Shown here piece by piece: positions 23,201 through 36,838 of a stretch of 64,000 bases of DNA (position 1 is the stretch's first letter; every line of letters starts with the position of its first letter). The DNA comes from Fimbriosthenelais zetlandica (taxonomy: Eukaryota). Both the position numbers and the translations under genes were made by a program. The DNA is taken from NCBI GenBank assembly GCA_977030845.1, contig OZ365110.1:42656001-42720000 (forward strand). The letters are read 5' to 3'. The notes below the pieces were generated by a model. The model was not told where the DNA came from. It was given only the letters and a program-made list of their open reading frames with translations, and did not search any database.

Positions 23201-26200
23201 GTCATTCTTGTCTGATTAGACGAAAATAATTATGTTTCTTCGTCCCGAAAGCTTATAAGCCAGCCCGACAATGACATTCTTTATTATATTTTGAGGAATT
23301 GCAATCCGATTTGCTAACAAATATTCATTCGGTAGCTCAGTACTTCAGTACTTTGAGTACAGTTAAGTTTAGTAAAGTTGATTCTTATGTTTGTGAGAGT
23401 AATTTATTAATTATTTTATGTTTGTTATTGTTTTCTTGATACTTTTAATACATTGTGGCGTACTCATTGTCTGTTCATGAAACTAACAAGGGGACAAAGT
23501 AATGTTTAACCTTGGAGGTTTTTTTCCCCTGATTCTGCATGGCTGTCTGCTATTAACATCATACATTGTTGTGGACGTAGAATAAGTTTTCATGTCTACT
23601 TGTATTTTTGCCCATTCAGAGTTGCCGTGTAGGATGAGTTAGTGTTCACTCAGATGTAGAGACTAATGTATGTTACAGTTTTTGCACTCATATTGAATGG
23701 AAATGAATCCATTGCATTCTATACCCCTACTTCCCCATAGTGTTTGGCTGGATTTATTGAGAAGCCAATGGCATACTATTGAGGATTTGTGATTTAAGTA
23801 CGGCAGTCATGCTTTCAAGTATACCCAGAGCTTGATTAAAAACAAAGGCTCACGATACTTGATTGCATCGCCGTGCTGTGGCGCATGCAGAGAATGCTAA
23901 AGTGTCTCCACAAAGGGTCAATGAGACAGGGAAATATAATTCCTGGATGGAGAGGCAGTTTGGGGATCATTCGGTAAAAGCACTGCCAAGCAAATGAATC
24001 AGGACCCATTGCCGAGTAATACATAGACTCGAGGGGTGGGTCGCTGGTATATCTAGAAAGACAATTTCATGACCTTTGCAAAGTAGAACTTTTCTTCACT
24101 CAATTAGTATATTTCATCAATTTAGGAGGCCATATATTCATGAGGACAATGGGCTGGTGGCAGGAAGATGCCAGGGCCAGAGCAATGTCTTAACAGGATC
24201 TGAAGCATGTTGATGAATGGCTGCAAAGTCTTATCAGACTGCCTTAGGAAGACATACAGTGTGGCTGAGCCGGAGGCTACTTCTATTCTCAGACTGTCCT
24301 CTTGAGCAAACAGAGGCTTCCCAGGCCCGCTGTGACAGATCTGTGACATTCCCATCAAGAATTACTCACAGATAATAAACTCGGATCTGGCGCTCTCAGG
24401 CTCATTATAATCCAGTCGGAAATCACATCTGATTTCCTGTCCAGGCGGATCAGATGAGGAGCAGGAGCGCAATGAGAGGCCAGCCTTGACCATTAACAGC
24501 CTTTCTTATCACATACATGCGCGCTCCTCTCATCACGTCTATAGCAGTTTGATTGTATGACAAGTTTTGGAGGAAGAGCCAGGGAGAGAACCAAGGGAGA
24601 TGGCTATTAAGGCGCAGGAAGCGGGCGAGCTGAGGCAGGAGGTTTGCTGCTTTCATGTCGGCTGTGAAACATGGGATTAACAATCATTAACCCCAACAGA
24701 TAGCCATTACCTGGCCAGATAGCCGTGGTCATCAGTTGTTTGTCGCCTGCTACAGAGAGGGCGCTCTCCTACCCGTCATGCTTAGCGCGCTTCTGAAGTG
24801 ACGTCGGCAAATTAGGCCCAATGGCCGGACAGGCGCATTGTGCAAGCATATGGCCATTACACACCCTGATGACTACTTTTGTTGGCCATCGTTTGTGGCA
24901 AAAGTTGGGAATTATTGCCCATGTTGGGGGCCTTTTTTGTAAGCAGGGTTGCTGATACTGGCAGTGGCCACTGGCAGTGGATTGGACATTAGAATACAGG
25001 CATTATCCTCTCTGATGATGGGCCTGACAGTAGTTAATACCGTTGCAAATTAGAAAAAGGTTGAGGAGGAAAAGGGGTAGGATGGGTAAAAACACAACAA
25101 TGATGACTGCCTTGACAGAATAAGTTTTGAAACCACCTTTCTTGATGGTGATGGACAGTGCTGATGGGAGAGGTAATTGAAGCTTTCAGAAAGTGTAAAT
25201 GCAAGGGGTCGTGACGGGCAGGAGTATTCAGTGTAGAGAGGCAGTGAAGCTCTCTCTCTACCACCAATAGAACATGTGTGCCAAGACGATAGTTATAACC
25301 AAATCTGATGACTAGGCAGCATTCTTTGCACCCGAAGAAAATGGCTTCAAGCTGTCACTTAATGTGACTTTGGCTCGATGAATGCAGCGTGCTTCTTCAA
25401 GAGCTGTAAGTCTGCGCATTATTGCACACATTACCAGCACAAAAATATCACAAAGGCCGAAAAAAGCAATGCCATAAGCTTGCTAAAATCATTTCTTGCC
25501 ATTCATATTTTCCTCTCATAATCTCAAAGTGCCTCTCCTTAGGCAGTAGGTTTCTCAGATGAAATAGCTTATGGCCGCCGAGGAGGCTTTTTCCTTACAT
25601 CCATTCTCCTCCAGTGAAATGCTGATCCTAGTGTTATTTTGAATCATCTTAATATGGGAAATGCATGATGATAAAAGAAGCTTTAGTCTGATACCTCACA
25701 CATCCAAATTTAATATCCTCCACCTTTGCCCGTTGTCTTCTTTGAGGGAGCGAGAAACGAGGCATCTTGAGCCTCCTTCCTTTCCCTTCTGATCATTCTG
25801 ATTGAAATAAAACTGAAACAAGATGTGTTGTACATCAAAGGGCTGTAGCTGGCCTATACGTGATTGCTTCGTCTCAAGAGTCTGCTCTACAGGCGATCTC
25901 TTCAACCGGTCTCTTTTGGTAATTTCATCTCAATTGTCTGTGTCCTTATTTTAATAACTGCACATCAAAAGATGTGCAGCCAGTGAGAGATGATGAGCCG
26001 TTTTTAAGGCGCCACCTCAGAGGAGAGACTCAGATGTGAGCACAAGTCGGTCATATAGGATCTAACGTAATCACGCCAGCTCGGGCTAGTTTCATTAATA
26101 GACAATGTTACGCCTCATGTCCTCCACCATCTCTCTCTCTCTCTGTCTGCTTCATATTCAATATGACTTGGGTAGGCAGGACCGAAACATAAATGGAAGA

Positions 26201-28850
26201 CTACTAATGTTCAGTGTAGCCTTTGTTCTTATAAGCAGGCATAGGTTATGTTTTCTATATATGATGATGCCATAGGGGAATGAACCAACATGGCCGAATG
26301 GCTATCCAATCTAAGTAAACTCTCATCACTTTCCAGTACTGACGGGCACACAGCATCGAATTTCAATTTAAACCACTCCAATCCATTGCTCAGTCCCCTG
26401 ACCATATTCCATGGCCAATTCTCTAAATTAAAGCAATGGTATAAATGGCCAAGTTGATGGATGGCTAGATGGACTGGCCTAACTTCTCAGGGCCAAGTAT
26501 CTGGTGACCACGACTTCATTTTGTCTTTGTTTGTTCTTGCCAACATTTCCTCATATCATATCCAAGCAATAATTGTAAAAGCCTTCTCTGTATGTTTTTG
26601 TTCCCTCTCTCTCTATGCCACATTGATATACCAGTGAATGTGGGCTGGGCAATGTGAATGCAATTTAATGTGGGATTAACTTTTGCCACGGACGCCATCA
26701 TTATTCCAAGCCTTATACAGGATATTAAAGTCTGGCCATTTACATGGCTTTCATCTCGGATCATGGCCTTGTGTGTTTTAGTGTGGCAAGGAATTTTTCA
26801 TCCAACTTGTTCACTCTCTGCCTGCTTGCAGTCGACTGAAATAATCAAACAAAAAACTTTTTCTCGCTACATTATGGAGCAGAATTTCAGTCTAGCTTTG
26901 GCTATTAAAGAAGATTTATTTTATGTCATGACATTACAGTTGTGCTTTTAAATAGGCAGATAATTGGTTTTATGATAAAAGTGTATAAATGGAAAAAATT
27001 ATACTCATATCTAGTTAAGCGTTAAAAATGCCTCGGCCCTTTTATTCCGGTTAATTGTTCTTGCCCTAGTCTCATTGAAGCTTCGATAAAGGGATGTCCT
27101 CCCCTTACTATGTAGATTAGACAATCTTAATTAAGCTTCAAATTACAATTAATTTTAGTGTAATTTACGCGATTGATCTGGATATAGAGAAGCAATGTGA
27201 GAGAGGAACCAGAAGCCAAGCTTTCAACTGGCTTCATTTAAGGGTTCAGATCACGGTTCTGTCTGGCTCCGTTCGCGCCTTCCGTTTCATTATTTACCTC
27301 TGGCGCCGGTGATATTTCCATTCAAAGTGTCTAGAACCCTTGAAGCCGAGGAATAAGTGATAATTCACTGCACAAATACATGAAGAGAATGAAAAGCAAC
27401 TCTGATTATAGCGATGCAGGCCTGTGCCACTGGATTTTGGAGATATGATGGAAACCGATAGTGGCTAAGAATTGGGGATACATACCCAAAACCCTAATCT
27501 TTCCCCCACCACTGTATTGCTTAGATAAGACTCCAATGCATTTAAATTGACGGCGAGGAAGTGATGCAAATTGAATTCCACCATCTCATCTAAGCCGGAG
27601 CTGTTTTCCTTTGAAAAACGACCAGGCCAATAGAAAATCAGTGGAGTCTATCATATTCACTTGGGCATAATGCATGTAATATAGAATGCTACTTAAGTCC
27701 CATGAGTATCCCTACTTACGCATTAAACTTCAGATTTGGATAAAATTTATATCACATGCCGCTTCAGTGATATGGATAGCAGTTTTTGATAATGGGCAAA
27801 GATGCTAATAAGTGCAGCTATTGGATATGAAATCGGAGCTAAATATAGAAAGCATTTGGCATTGATTAGCCAGGACTCAAGTAGAAGCCATCATGGTTAT
27901 TTCAAGTGAATAGAAACGAGCATTGTGGTAGTGGCCAGTAATAGTGGCCAGGTAATGGATGGAGGGGTATTGCAAGGCCAATCAGGCGAGTTTTGAAGAG
28001 ATGTGTCATTATCAAAGCGGTATCAGCCTTATTCCTCTCTCCCACTATTTCTATAGATGATATATGACTTTGCCTCATTCGAGGCTTATTCAACTTAGCT
28101 TCCGGGCTCATGGCTTCTTCACAGAGTGCGCCTACTTGGAGTGGTACCATTCCAATTACTGGAATAGAGCTTATGCTTCAAATGAGATTGTGTACTGTCA
28201 TATATAATTCTCTCAATTTCTCTTGTATCCTCTTTTTCCCTTCTCGAGGATTACTTATTCCCCAAATTAGCGTTATTTCATGCTGGAGGGGAATAGTTGA
28301 TATTCGCCAATGGTTTGATAAGTGAGAGCAGCATGTGTTCTTCTCTCGGTAATTGGATCGATATTTCTTTCTGAAAGAGTAATAACCAAATCTTGATTTC
28401 CCAGAGTTAACTTAGGAATTGCATTGTGAACTGTTAGTGTTGCAGTTCCTCCACAACACTTCGAAAGGAATTTTTAACTGCAAATGCCAGTGGTTCATTC
28501 TTAAGCTAAGGGTTCTCATCCTTAATGATAATAATATGGAAATGCTGACTTGCAAAGCTGTGTCTGACGAATGCAACACCAAAATCACAACCATGTTTTA
28601 CATCTTGCCAGGCCCAGTCTCCACACAGACCTGTTGTCTGCCTTCCTTCTGCCTTTGCTTTCTATTTGTATGCTGTAATTGTACAAACAAGGGCTTTGTT
28701 CATCACGATAAAAAACGGCTGTTCAAACATGCATCATTGCACCAGCCCAGCTTCCCCCTCTCTGCCGTTCCCCTTTGCCAATACAAATTGCAGCCTAATT
28801 GCAATGATTCCATTCAAAACTTGAAACAGCGCCACCAATCAGACGTGACG

Positions 28851-29140
28851 TAATTGATTGTGACTGTCAAATTTAACACCCACCGCCATGCGGCGCACGT
28901 CCTCGGCCAACTTAGCTTCTGAAAGATTAATGCTAATTACAGTGTGAGAGGCTCAATTGTTTCCTTTTGAAGTTTTAATGATTTAATGCCGTTTGGTGTA
29001 TGCATTAATCTGGCCGCCTTTGGAGCATGATGCTGGTATGTCAGTGGCGGGCCCCGGCTGGTGAATTAGATACCAAATGGAGGAGGTAATCACAACACCT
29101 CCCCGTGGAATTCAATTACATTTCATCCCCTTAATCATTC
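28851..29140. promoter_or_regulatory. Candidate enhancer, dense in homeodomain/TALE sites
   Basis: About ten TAAT/ATTA cores, TGATTTAAT at 28979, and TGATTG at 28855 next to CTGTCA at 28864. Confidence 0.35.
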
Positions 29141-29240
29141 ATTGATCATACAAGACGTGCCATGTTAGTAAAAAATGGATTCCTTCCCCCTTAAAGCTGT
29201 TTTGAAAAGGCCTACTGCCTCTTTGCCAGCCCACCCCTAC

Positions 29241-29266
29241 CACCACCACCACCACCACCAACCACC
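29241..29266 (+). repeat. (CAC)n microsatellite
   Basis: caccaccaccaccaccaccaaccacc; produces the spurious poly-His in ORF 29175-29432. Confidence 0.85.
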
Positions 29267-30025
29267 AGCATGCCTAGCGATCAATGGGCGCTGCGCCAAT
29301 AGACATGAAGAGGGTTGTGTTTCAATTCTGCTCCATCGCCTCCTCCCCTCACCCCTACTGCTTAAATTTAATGTCTCTGCACATCTTCTTTTCTCTGAGC
29401 CATTAAAGGTTTATGTTGAATCCATGATGTAATGGGTTTATAGGCCTCCCTGATGGCTCCGCTGAGGGGTATAAAAACACCGACTGTCACGTTCACAAGG
29501 CTGCGTTGAAATCCGCCAAGCCCAAAGAGTGTGCTCTCTCTGCCATCGATCGTCATTATACTTGCAATTGAGATTCAATCCACTTGCGCAATTCTATGTT
29601 TTGTCTGATATTGGTCGCCAGGGAATTGCCGCGACTGGCTTCATCTGCTTTTTCAATCTCTCTCGTGTTTGGATTTGCCTGATGCCCTTTTTTCTCGGCC
29701 GATTTGAATGCATAGAAGAATGTTTCACCACATATCCATTGCCGGAGTGAAATTTTTATTGCCATCTTTTATGCCGCAACACGCTGCTCTTTAACTCCAT
29801 ATACTGGCATGGAATCGCTGGTGGAATCCAAATGGAGCTGACATTGTTCTAACTATAGGTGTATACATAGTGAGCTGCTCAGGCGGCAGAGTATGAAGGC
29901 AAGGGGAAGTAAGACTATAGGAAAGCAATGTAAACTTGGAGATAAAATGGAGATATTGTGGATGGCTCCTATACTGATTCAAATTTCATATTATGAATAA
30001 ATTGCAGATGACATATAGTCATAAT

Positions 30026-30193
30026 GAATTGCTCTAATAGATAATTAAAATATTAAAAATTAATTCAATTATTTTGAAATGGACGAGAACTTTCTGATTC
30101 CAAACACTGAACTGCTCCAATAGATAATTAAAATACTATTCACTATTAATTAAATTGAAGCTAATATACGGAAATGTTCTCATTCCAAATACT
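30026..30193. repeat. Diverged tandem duplication, 83-85 bp unit, 2 copies
   Basis: gaattgctctaatagataattaaaatatta (30026) vs gaactgctccaatagataattaaaatacta (30109). The units end in ttctgattccaaacact and ttctcattccaaatact. Confidence 0.75.
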
Positions 30194-32502
30194 AAGGCAA
30201 TTGCTGTTTTATTACTGGGTTAATTAGTTAGTCATCAATTATGGCCTAATTTTCGGCTGTGGTTTATTTGCGTGGGCCCACTTTTGCTGATAGGCCTACC
30301 ATTGTGAATGGAGGCCAATGGCCCAGTAACATATGTGGTATTCACCTCTCCACAGATCATGACGATTATTAGAATATTGTCTCTGTGGGACCGCCCTACA
30401 GGCCAGTGGTACTGGACAAGTTTGGTTTCACGCTCTCTCGTTATATCTCACCTTTCCATGCTATATCCCATCTGGTTCTTGACCCTCTCAGCACAAATTA
30501 GCAAATTGCATTTGGCATGGCCACAGTATAAGGGGAACTGTACCATTCCTCGGGGGCCCATGAGTGCCTTAATATGCCAACACCTCCCATGACCCACCCA
30601 AACGCAATAATTTTACTGCACCGCGGCTAGAGAATTTCCGATGGCAATATTAATATGTCGGACTGACCTTACGCCTGATGATGATGCCTTATGCACAAAA
30701 AAGGAAGAGAAGAAAATCAGGAGGAAATTGGCTGTAATCATTGTGAATATAGGCTTTGGGTGCATAATGGGCTCACTAGCACACCAAATCATTTCACCTG
30801 TTTTTCACTGTATGTTTCTTGCCAAGTGTATGTAAAATTTCAATCCTTCCATCTGAATTTAAACACAAGCCTTCAAATTTTAAAGGAACCATTCGGATGC
30901 GATATGAATATCAAAGTTTTTCGAACCCAATCATGCTTCAATCTTGCTCTTAGAACTGCTGATGGCGTCCATATTGCCGGCAGTTTAGTGTTGAATAGCA
31001 CTATATATGGGTTTGTATTGGAGTCCCTCAGATGGCATAAACAGCCATGCCTCTTTGTGAAGCTGAAGGCATTTGTTTGTAGCTGAATCACGTGCAGATT
31101 GGCTTCACTATGTTTAATGGAGCTTCATACAAAAAGCAAGGAGCTCTTGTTTCACTCAGTAGGCTCTATTGGATGTCGGCTTTTTCATCACTCTCAACCC
31201 TCATTGTAAAATTAGGATCTTTAACTCTGAAACCGAAGGCGGCGCTTTGGTTTTAAAGAGGAGGGGAAATCAGAGAATCAAATTGACACGTTAATTGGCT
31301 GCATTGTGAAAAAAAATGATGTATTGATCCCCTTGAAGCTGATCCAAGGCAGCAATTATGGTCCTATACCACAGATGTGGTTCTTGTTGTAGACATAGCA
31401 CTGCAGATTGTCTTTTGTATAATGGTCATTTTTTCCAAGTCGGACATTATATATCTGGATTTGTTTAGTAAAATTGCAAAAGCATCACATATAACATGAC
31501 AAAAAATGTAAAAAATAAAAGTATAACCGGAAGTATAACGCTTTAGACGATTTTCTGTCGAACTGGGAGAAACCTTGAAGGGGACAACACACACAAAGTT
31601 TTTAATTTCACGCAAAGAAGACATATATATACATATTATATTTGCTGTTAATACGAAAATGTTGTGTAAAACGATTTCAGGCCCGGAGCGCTGAATGGGC
31701 CTGTGCAACTTTAGTCTCATTTCATGAAAACACATCAAATATAACCTGTTTACACCCTGAGGAATGACAAGATCTGAAGACCATTGTCTTTATAGCAATC
31801 CAACCCTTTAGTATCAGAGTAGCCTACAACAGTGCCATATATACGGATCTTCCACGGACCCCATATTTTAAAACCCTCTTTACGATGCCCTGGATATTCA
31901 TCCCGAATCTTATCCACTTGATCTCTTCCCCATGTTCCCACAACCTTATGATACAAGCCGTCTGGGCGAAATTTCAGAGTTACAGACACTTTTCCCACTA
32001 ATTCACTATAATGAAATTGGCTTTAAGATGTGACTGAATCTGTCGAGCGAGGGTCAGGCTCTAGTATCAATCTGCGTCAAATAACTGTGAAGCATCGTTT
32101 TCACATGCCAAAGGAAACACTTGGCTTCACATCTGCCTATCCATTTCACTTCATGGATCAAATAGTTGGATGGCAGGTTATTGTCTCGTCTCAAACCCTC
32201 CCCGATCATACTCGTTTACCTCCAACAATGGAGAGTCAAGTGTGAACTGTTTGAAGCTTTTGGTGATGGGATGAACTCTTTCTTTATGGCTTTGGTGTTG
32301 GTTTCATTGCCGTTGAAAGTGTTTCCGTTGAAATAGTTTGCTTCGATACATAAAACGTTAAGATATGTATACTGAAAATCATGTAGTAACATTAAGGCTA
32401 TATTTTCTTAAAGCGCCCAATGTTATTTTATTATGTATTATGCATAATTAGTCAATTGATTTTAAATTAATTTTAAATTAAATTGTCCACTTTTTCTCCT
32501 AG

Positions 32503-32587
32503 GAGCTGAGCATTGCCGACCTGAAGATGCTGTGTTTGGAACAACTTGACATGATGTCTCGCAAACGGATCCTGAGCATTCTTGATG
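32503..32587 (+). CDS. CAAP1: Next internal coding exon of the CAAP1 orthologue, phase 0 to phase 1
   Basis: Acceptor tttttctcctAG ends at 32502 and donor GTaagt starts at 32588. The 85 bp encode ELSIADLKMLCLEQLDMMSRKRILSILD(G), in frame with the 14820-15005 exon. This parallels the recalled human continuation NCSIEEIKKLCQEQLELLSEKKILKILEG. Confidence 0.9.
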
Positions 32588-32774
32588 GTAAGTCATAAAG
32601 ATTTATTGCAGGGAAGAAATTTGTCTCTGGCTCGGAAAATCAATCAAGAGTTTAGGAGTTGGTGACAAAGGCATATATATATCTGGAGGCGTGCTGTGAC
32701 TTGTATGGACTATATATATCACTGACTAACAACAGTCATAGCGCTTCCACGTGTTGTTGTCACCCATGTCTATA

Positions 32775-32788
32775 CCCCCCCCCCCCCC
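32775..32788 (+). repeat. Poly-C tract (C14)
   Basis: Direct reading. Confidence 0.9.
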
Positions 32789-35700
32789 TCCCTCCTCTCT
32801 CCTCTCCTTCAGCCATTTTCATCCATCTCTCACTGATCTCTGATGTATATTAATTTGAAATCGTGTCACAAGACCCTTGCACACGAGGTGTCAGAGTTGC
32901 CCGCACCTCACATCTGAGCATCGTTGCCCCGGTTTCCTTCCTGGACCCCATGTAATTGGGGGGTCCCTTTCTGCCCCCCGCCCTTGCCCCATGGCTTTGA
33001 TCGTTCATAGAAACAGATTAATTAGGATGACATGAGTGGCTGTGGGGAAAAGTGAACCATGGGGTCCTCCTTATGGAGACGAAGGGAGGAAATGAATTAC
33101 TTGAAAGAAAAGGTGAACACAAGTTAGAGGATCTTTGTACAGAGATCTCACAAGCTGGGCTGAGGCTGAATTAAGAACAACTTTCCTCATGTGATCTGTG
33201 TAATGGATATAACTCCTTTTGTGCTGGGTCTTGCCTTAGCTCGACTCATGGCCCTTGGTTAACCTTTAGATGCACTTTGAACACAGACTATGCCAAAAGT
33301 GAGGCAGGGAGATGTTATTTGTTGCTCGAATATTTTCCGAATGGAAATGGATGCCACTTCCAATCACGTCTGAAAGGTCTTTGAAGTAATGACTCTCCCA
33401 TTTTGTTACTCTTCATTGAACTGAGTGAATCTCAGGTTTGGCTTCATGAAATGGCTTCCTTTGATGACCTATGAATAATTGGTGTAAATGATCATCTTCG
33501 TTTTGAAGTGCATGATTTCTTCAGGAAGAAAGACCTCTGTATATATGACTTCAGTGGTTTTCTTGGTCATTAAATGTATATATGTATTGAGTCACATCTG
33601 TGCCTTTTACAAATCCAATTATTGTCATATTTCCAGTGGATCCCTTGCGACATAAGACTGTTTGGCAGGGCCAGCCTTTACAGCGGGATCTTCCAGTGAA
33701 AGCTTTACGTTTAGTGAGAGCCCTTTACCTTTCCAGGTGTGGTCAGCTTTGAGGAGGGTAGAATTTCACCTCAGTCCCCGCCAGATTTCCTCCCCTTTTT
33801 CCTAATGTCCTCCTGGGAAACTTGAGTTTACGCGCAGGTGTGGGTTTTAAGGTCTGATTGGCTGGGTGGTGGTGAAGGGAGGGAGGGAGGGAGAGAGAAG
33901 GGTGGTGGGGGAGAGGGAGCTGCTCCTCTTCTAACCAGGTGATGCATGGGGTGGAAGGCAGAAATCATTGCGACTTCTCTAATCATATTGTTTGTAAAAT
34001 AAAGCTCCACCTGCGACCGCCTTCTAGGCTTGATTCATGATGCCAGTCTCTGTGAAAGTCACTCCATCAAAACCCCCACCCCCCACCCAGACCACACCCC
34101 CTTCTCACTGTCACCATGGTACATCCTGTTTCATTTTCAAATTCATGTCTGATTAATTGATTGATTACAAATGTGGTGTTTTTTGTACCTCGGCACGCAG
34201 CCTGCAATAATAGATTTCCGCTCTATACCAGTGCCAGCCGGATATACCCGCTCCATTAGTCCTCCCGTCTCCTGGCAATCAGTCCCTTGTTTTAAGTATA
34301 AGCCCTTTAAGAATCATCAGTCTTATGGCACATCGCGGCGACCAATTGCATGCCAAATGCAATCCCTCTGGGGCGTCGCAGCCAGCTTTTTGAATCCACT
34401 TTACATAAGCTTTCAACTACCATGGAAAGTCAATATGATTCTATTAAAGTGGTGGCGCATGCCTCTCCCAGCAGATGATTCCCCCGAGCTAATGCCCGCC
34501 TTAAAGTAGCGATGCTTTACTTAAAGAAGATTATTGTCACACACAGGATATTTAATTACATCCACCCACAGTGCCTCTATAGCATTTGTGATAAGCAAAA
34601 GCCAGTTTGATTATCAAATTCATGTTATCAAATAGGAACCTATCAAAAGCTGGCTGGTGTAAGGTCTCCCCTGAGGCATTAACTGAGACGCCTTCTCCAA
34701 TGGGATGAAATTGAATTAAAGTATGTCAATAAGATATGATGGGGAGAGGATTATGATTTGAGAGCATAGACATGATAGCTTGCCTTACCAGTAGGCCTAT
34801 TCTCACTCTATTAAAGGGCTTTGATTCGCTGCCGAGACGTACAAGATTGGCACTAAGTGAACTTCATAATTTTGTCTGCATGAAGATGGCATTTGGATGA
34901 TATATTGCAAAATCGTTCATAGTCACGTCACTGCTTCCAGACCAAGAATTGGAAATGTTAAAAGGGGACTCAGTTGGCCTGACTTTTACTCAATTTCACT
35001 GACATTTCCCTCTGAAACATGTCATATATTTTTGATCGGTGTCATTTATTGTTGGCATTGCTGTGAAATTTGAATTTCTTTGATGTTAAATGGGCAAGCT
35101 TCATTAAGAAATCTGAGCATTCAGCCCATTAAGTTTTTCTCACTGCTTTCGTTCAGCTGTATTCTAATGAATTGAGTGTAATTGAGTAAACGAGCCATAA
35201 AAAAGAGCGTTTACATAGGGACCTGTTGGGAGTGCCTGTCAGAATTGTACGGACACAATCCACCGCCCTTGGATGATTAAAATTCTTTCATGTGTGAGGC
35301 GTGATTAGAATTTCGGCTTGCCTTATTTCATCACATCACCATTCGGGGTTTGAAGTCAGTGAGGCGTGGCCGTAACGCCTGCCTGAGTCCCTGACGGCAG
35401 ATCCGAGCTGCGAACAAGAAGTTTCAATTCTCTTGAAGAGCATTTTTCAAAAAGGCCGTGTCTTCGCTGGTCAGCCATGCATGCAGACAGCTAATTTGCA
35501 GTCCAGGAAGTAATCCGAAGAAAAATTATGAGAGGTAAGCTCTGCCATTAATCATGGCATCCTCCTCTGGTTGAGTTGAAATCTGAAAGCATGCTCTCAA
35601 CACTGCCACATTCCCCTTGATTCTCTTTCTCGAAGAGTATTCAATGAAACCCTGCTTTCTAATGATTATGCAGCCATTGGGGTGCAGTTTGAAAATCAGC

Positions 35701-35950
35701 TCAAATTGTCAGAATTTGTCAATTTTCTTTTCTTCAGCATGTTTATACAACATTTTTGTATATAGGTTCAGAGATCATTCATAAATATCAGTATAAATGT
35801 CAATCATAAATATGGTCTTCCACAAATATATTATTTCCCTATGCTTGCAGTACTGAGTAGCACATTAATATTGCAAACAATTATCAACAGATTGAAGTCT
35901 TCCTTGAATATTTGTAAACTCTTATATAGGCATTCCAATTACCTCTGAAA

Positions 35951-36243
35951 CAGGAAGTCACCTGTCACCGGAAGTGTGCGCCTATTGGGTGTGGATGGCT
36001 GGTGGAGAGGACTTCATTGGGAGTTTGGCAGAACTTAGAGTCAGAGACCAGCGACCTTGCCACCAATTCCACACCCATCCCGAGTGGAGACTGTATGTTC
36101 TGGTGGCCAATAAAACGGGACCCGCCCTTCTCCCACTGCCAGCCCACTGACATTTTCATAGCAGCGATTTTAATAAAACGGTGACATCAACATGTTTATG
36201 AGCACCGGATTCCGATCCAATATGGCTCGGTTGTCACGGCAAC
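35951..36243. promoter_or_regulatory. Candidate regulatory element with ETS x2, repeated AATAAAACGG and an RFX X-box
   Basis: CAGGAAGT 35951, CCGGAAGT 35968, AATAAAACGG at 36109 and 36172, GTTGTCACGGCAAC 36230-36243. Confidence 0.35.
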
Positions 36244-36820
36244 CGGCCCCATTACCTTTATGTCTGCAAGTCTCAAGCACAAGTGCAAACACCATAAAGT
36301 GAAATTGCGTACATACTTTGTGTCTTGGAAGAGAAATGGCTGAAACAATTATTCAAAAGTTGCCCGATGGATGTGTCATAGTGACTAGCGTTCGATTAGC
36401 TGGCATGTCAGGGTATGTGATAGGAGGCTCACAGTAGATGATGTGCCGTGTTGCCTATGTCTTTAAAGTGGTCTTCTTTCAGATTGTGATATGAAAAAAT
36501 ACCTCCTAAATATTGCCCTCTGCGACTAAGAAGTGTCTATTATCGATGAATATTGATGGAAAGAAAAAGCAGAGCTACGTCCCATCTCCCTATAGCCAGT
36601 AGGAGGTGTCTGCTGCAACTATACATAGACAGAGAGTAGGCAGTGAATGTCTGAACGATTGAAAAGGGATATTGGAAAATGTGAGGAGAAATGAAAAACA
36701 TCAAGTATCCGTCCAATTTCCTGATTACCCATATTATAAGAATCTCACCCTCTTTCGTTCGGGGAATACAATCGCCTCTGTTTATTTTGGGCTTCATACA
36801 GCGCTGAAAACAAACACTCT

Positions 36821-36838
36821 CCCCCCCCCCCCCCCCCC
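36821..36838 (+). repeat. Poly-C tract (C18)
   Basis: Direct reading. Confidence 0.9.

Larger units (their letters stand above)
15006..32502 (+). other. CAAP1 intron, 17,497 bp (GT-AG)
   Basis: Bounded by the donor and acceptor of the two in-frame exons. The protein alignment is continuous across the junction (ECVK|ELSI), so no constitutive coding exon is needed in between. Confidence 0.8.

Noticed and set aside
23331-23341. GGTAGCTCAGT, tRNA/SINE A-box-like
   Set aside because: No B-box, cloverleaf or second copy.
26009-26023. gcgccacctcagagg, CTCF-like
   Set aside because: Only the first nine bases fit the core.
28419-28853. 144 aa plus-strand ORF
   Set aside because: Non-canonical start, Cys/Leu-rich random composition, lies within the CAAP1 intron and is not needed by the protein alignment.
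31750-31998. Protein-looking 82 aa minus-strand ORF (GLYHKVVGTWGRDQVDKIRDEY...)
   Set aside because: No homology I recognise and no convincing splice sites; a BLASTP search would settle it.
33737-33825. Strong acceptor (ccctttacctttccAG) that would continue CAAP1 as GVVSFEEGRISPQ...
   Set aside because: No good donor, an in-frame stop at 33823, and no resemblance to the acidic CAAP1 continuation or the C-terminal ELEMRARAI-type motif. It could at most be a minor terminal exon; RNA-seq is needed.
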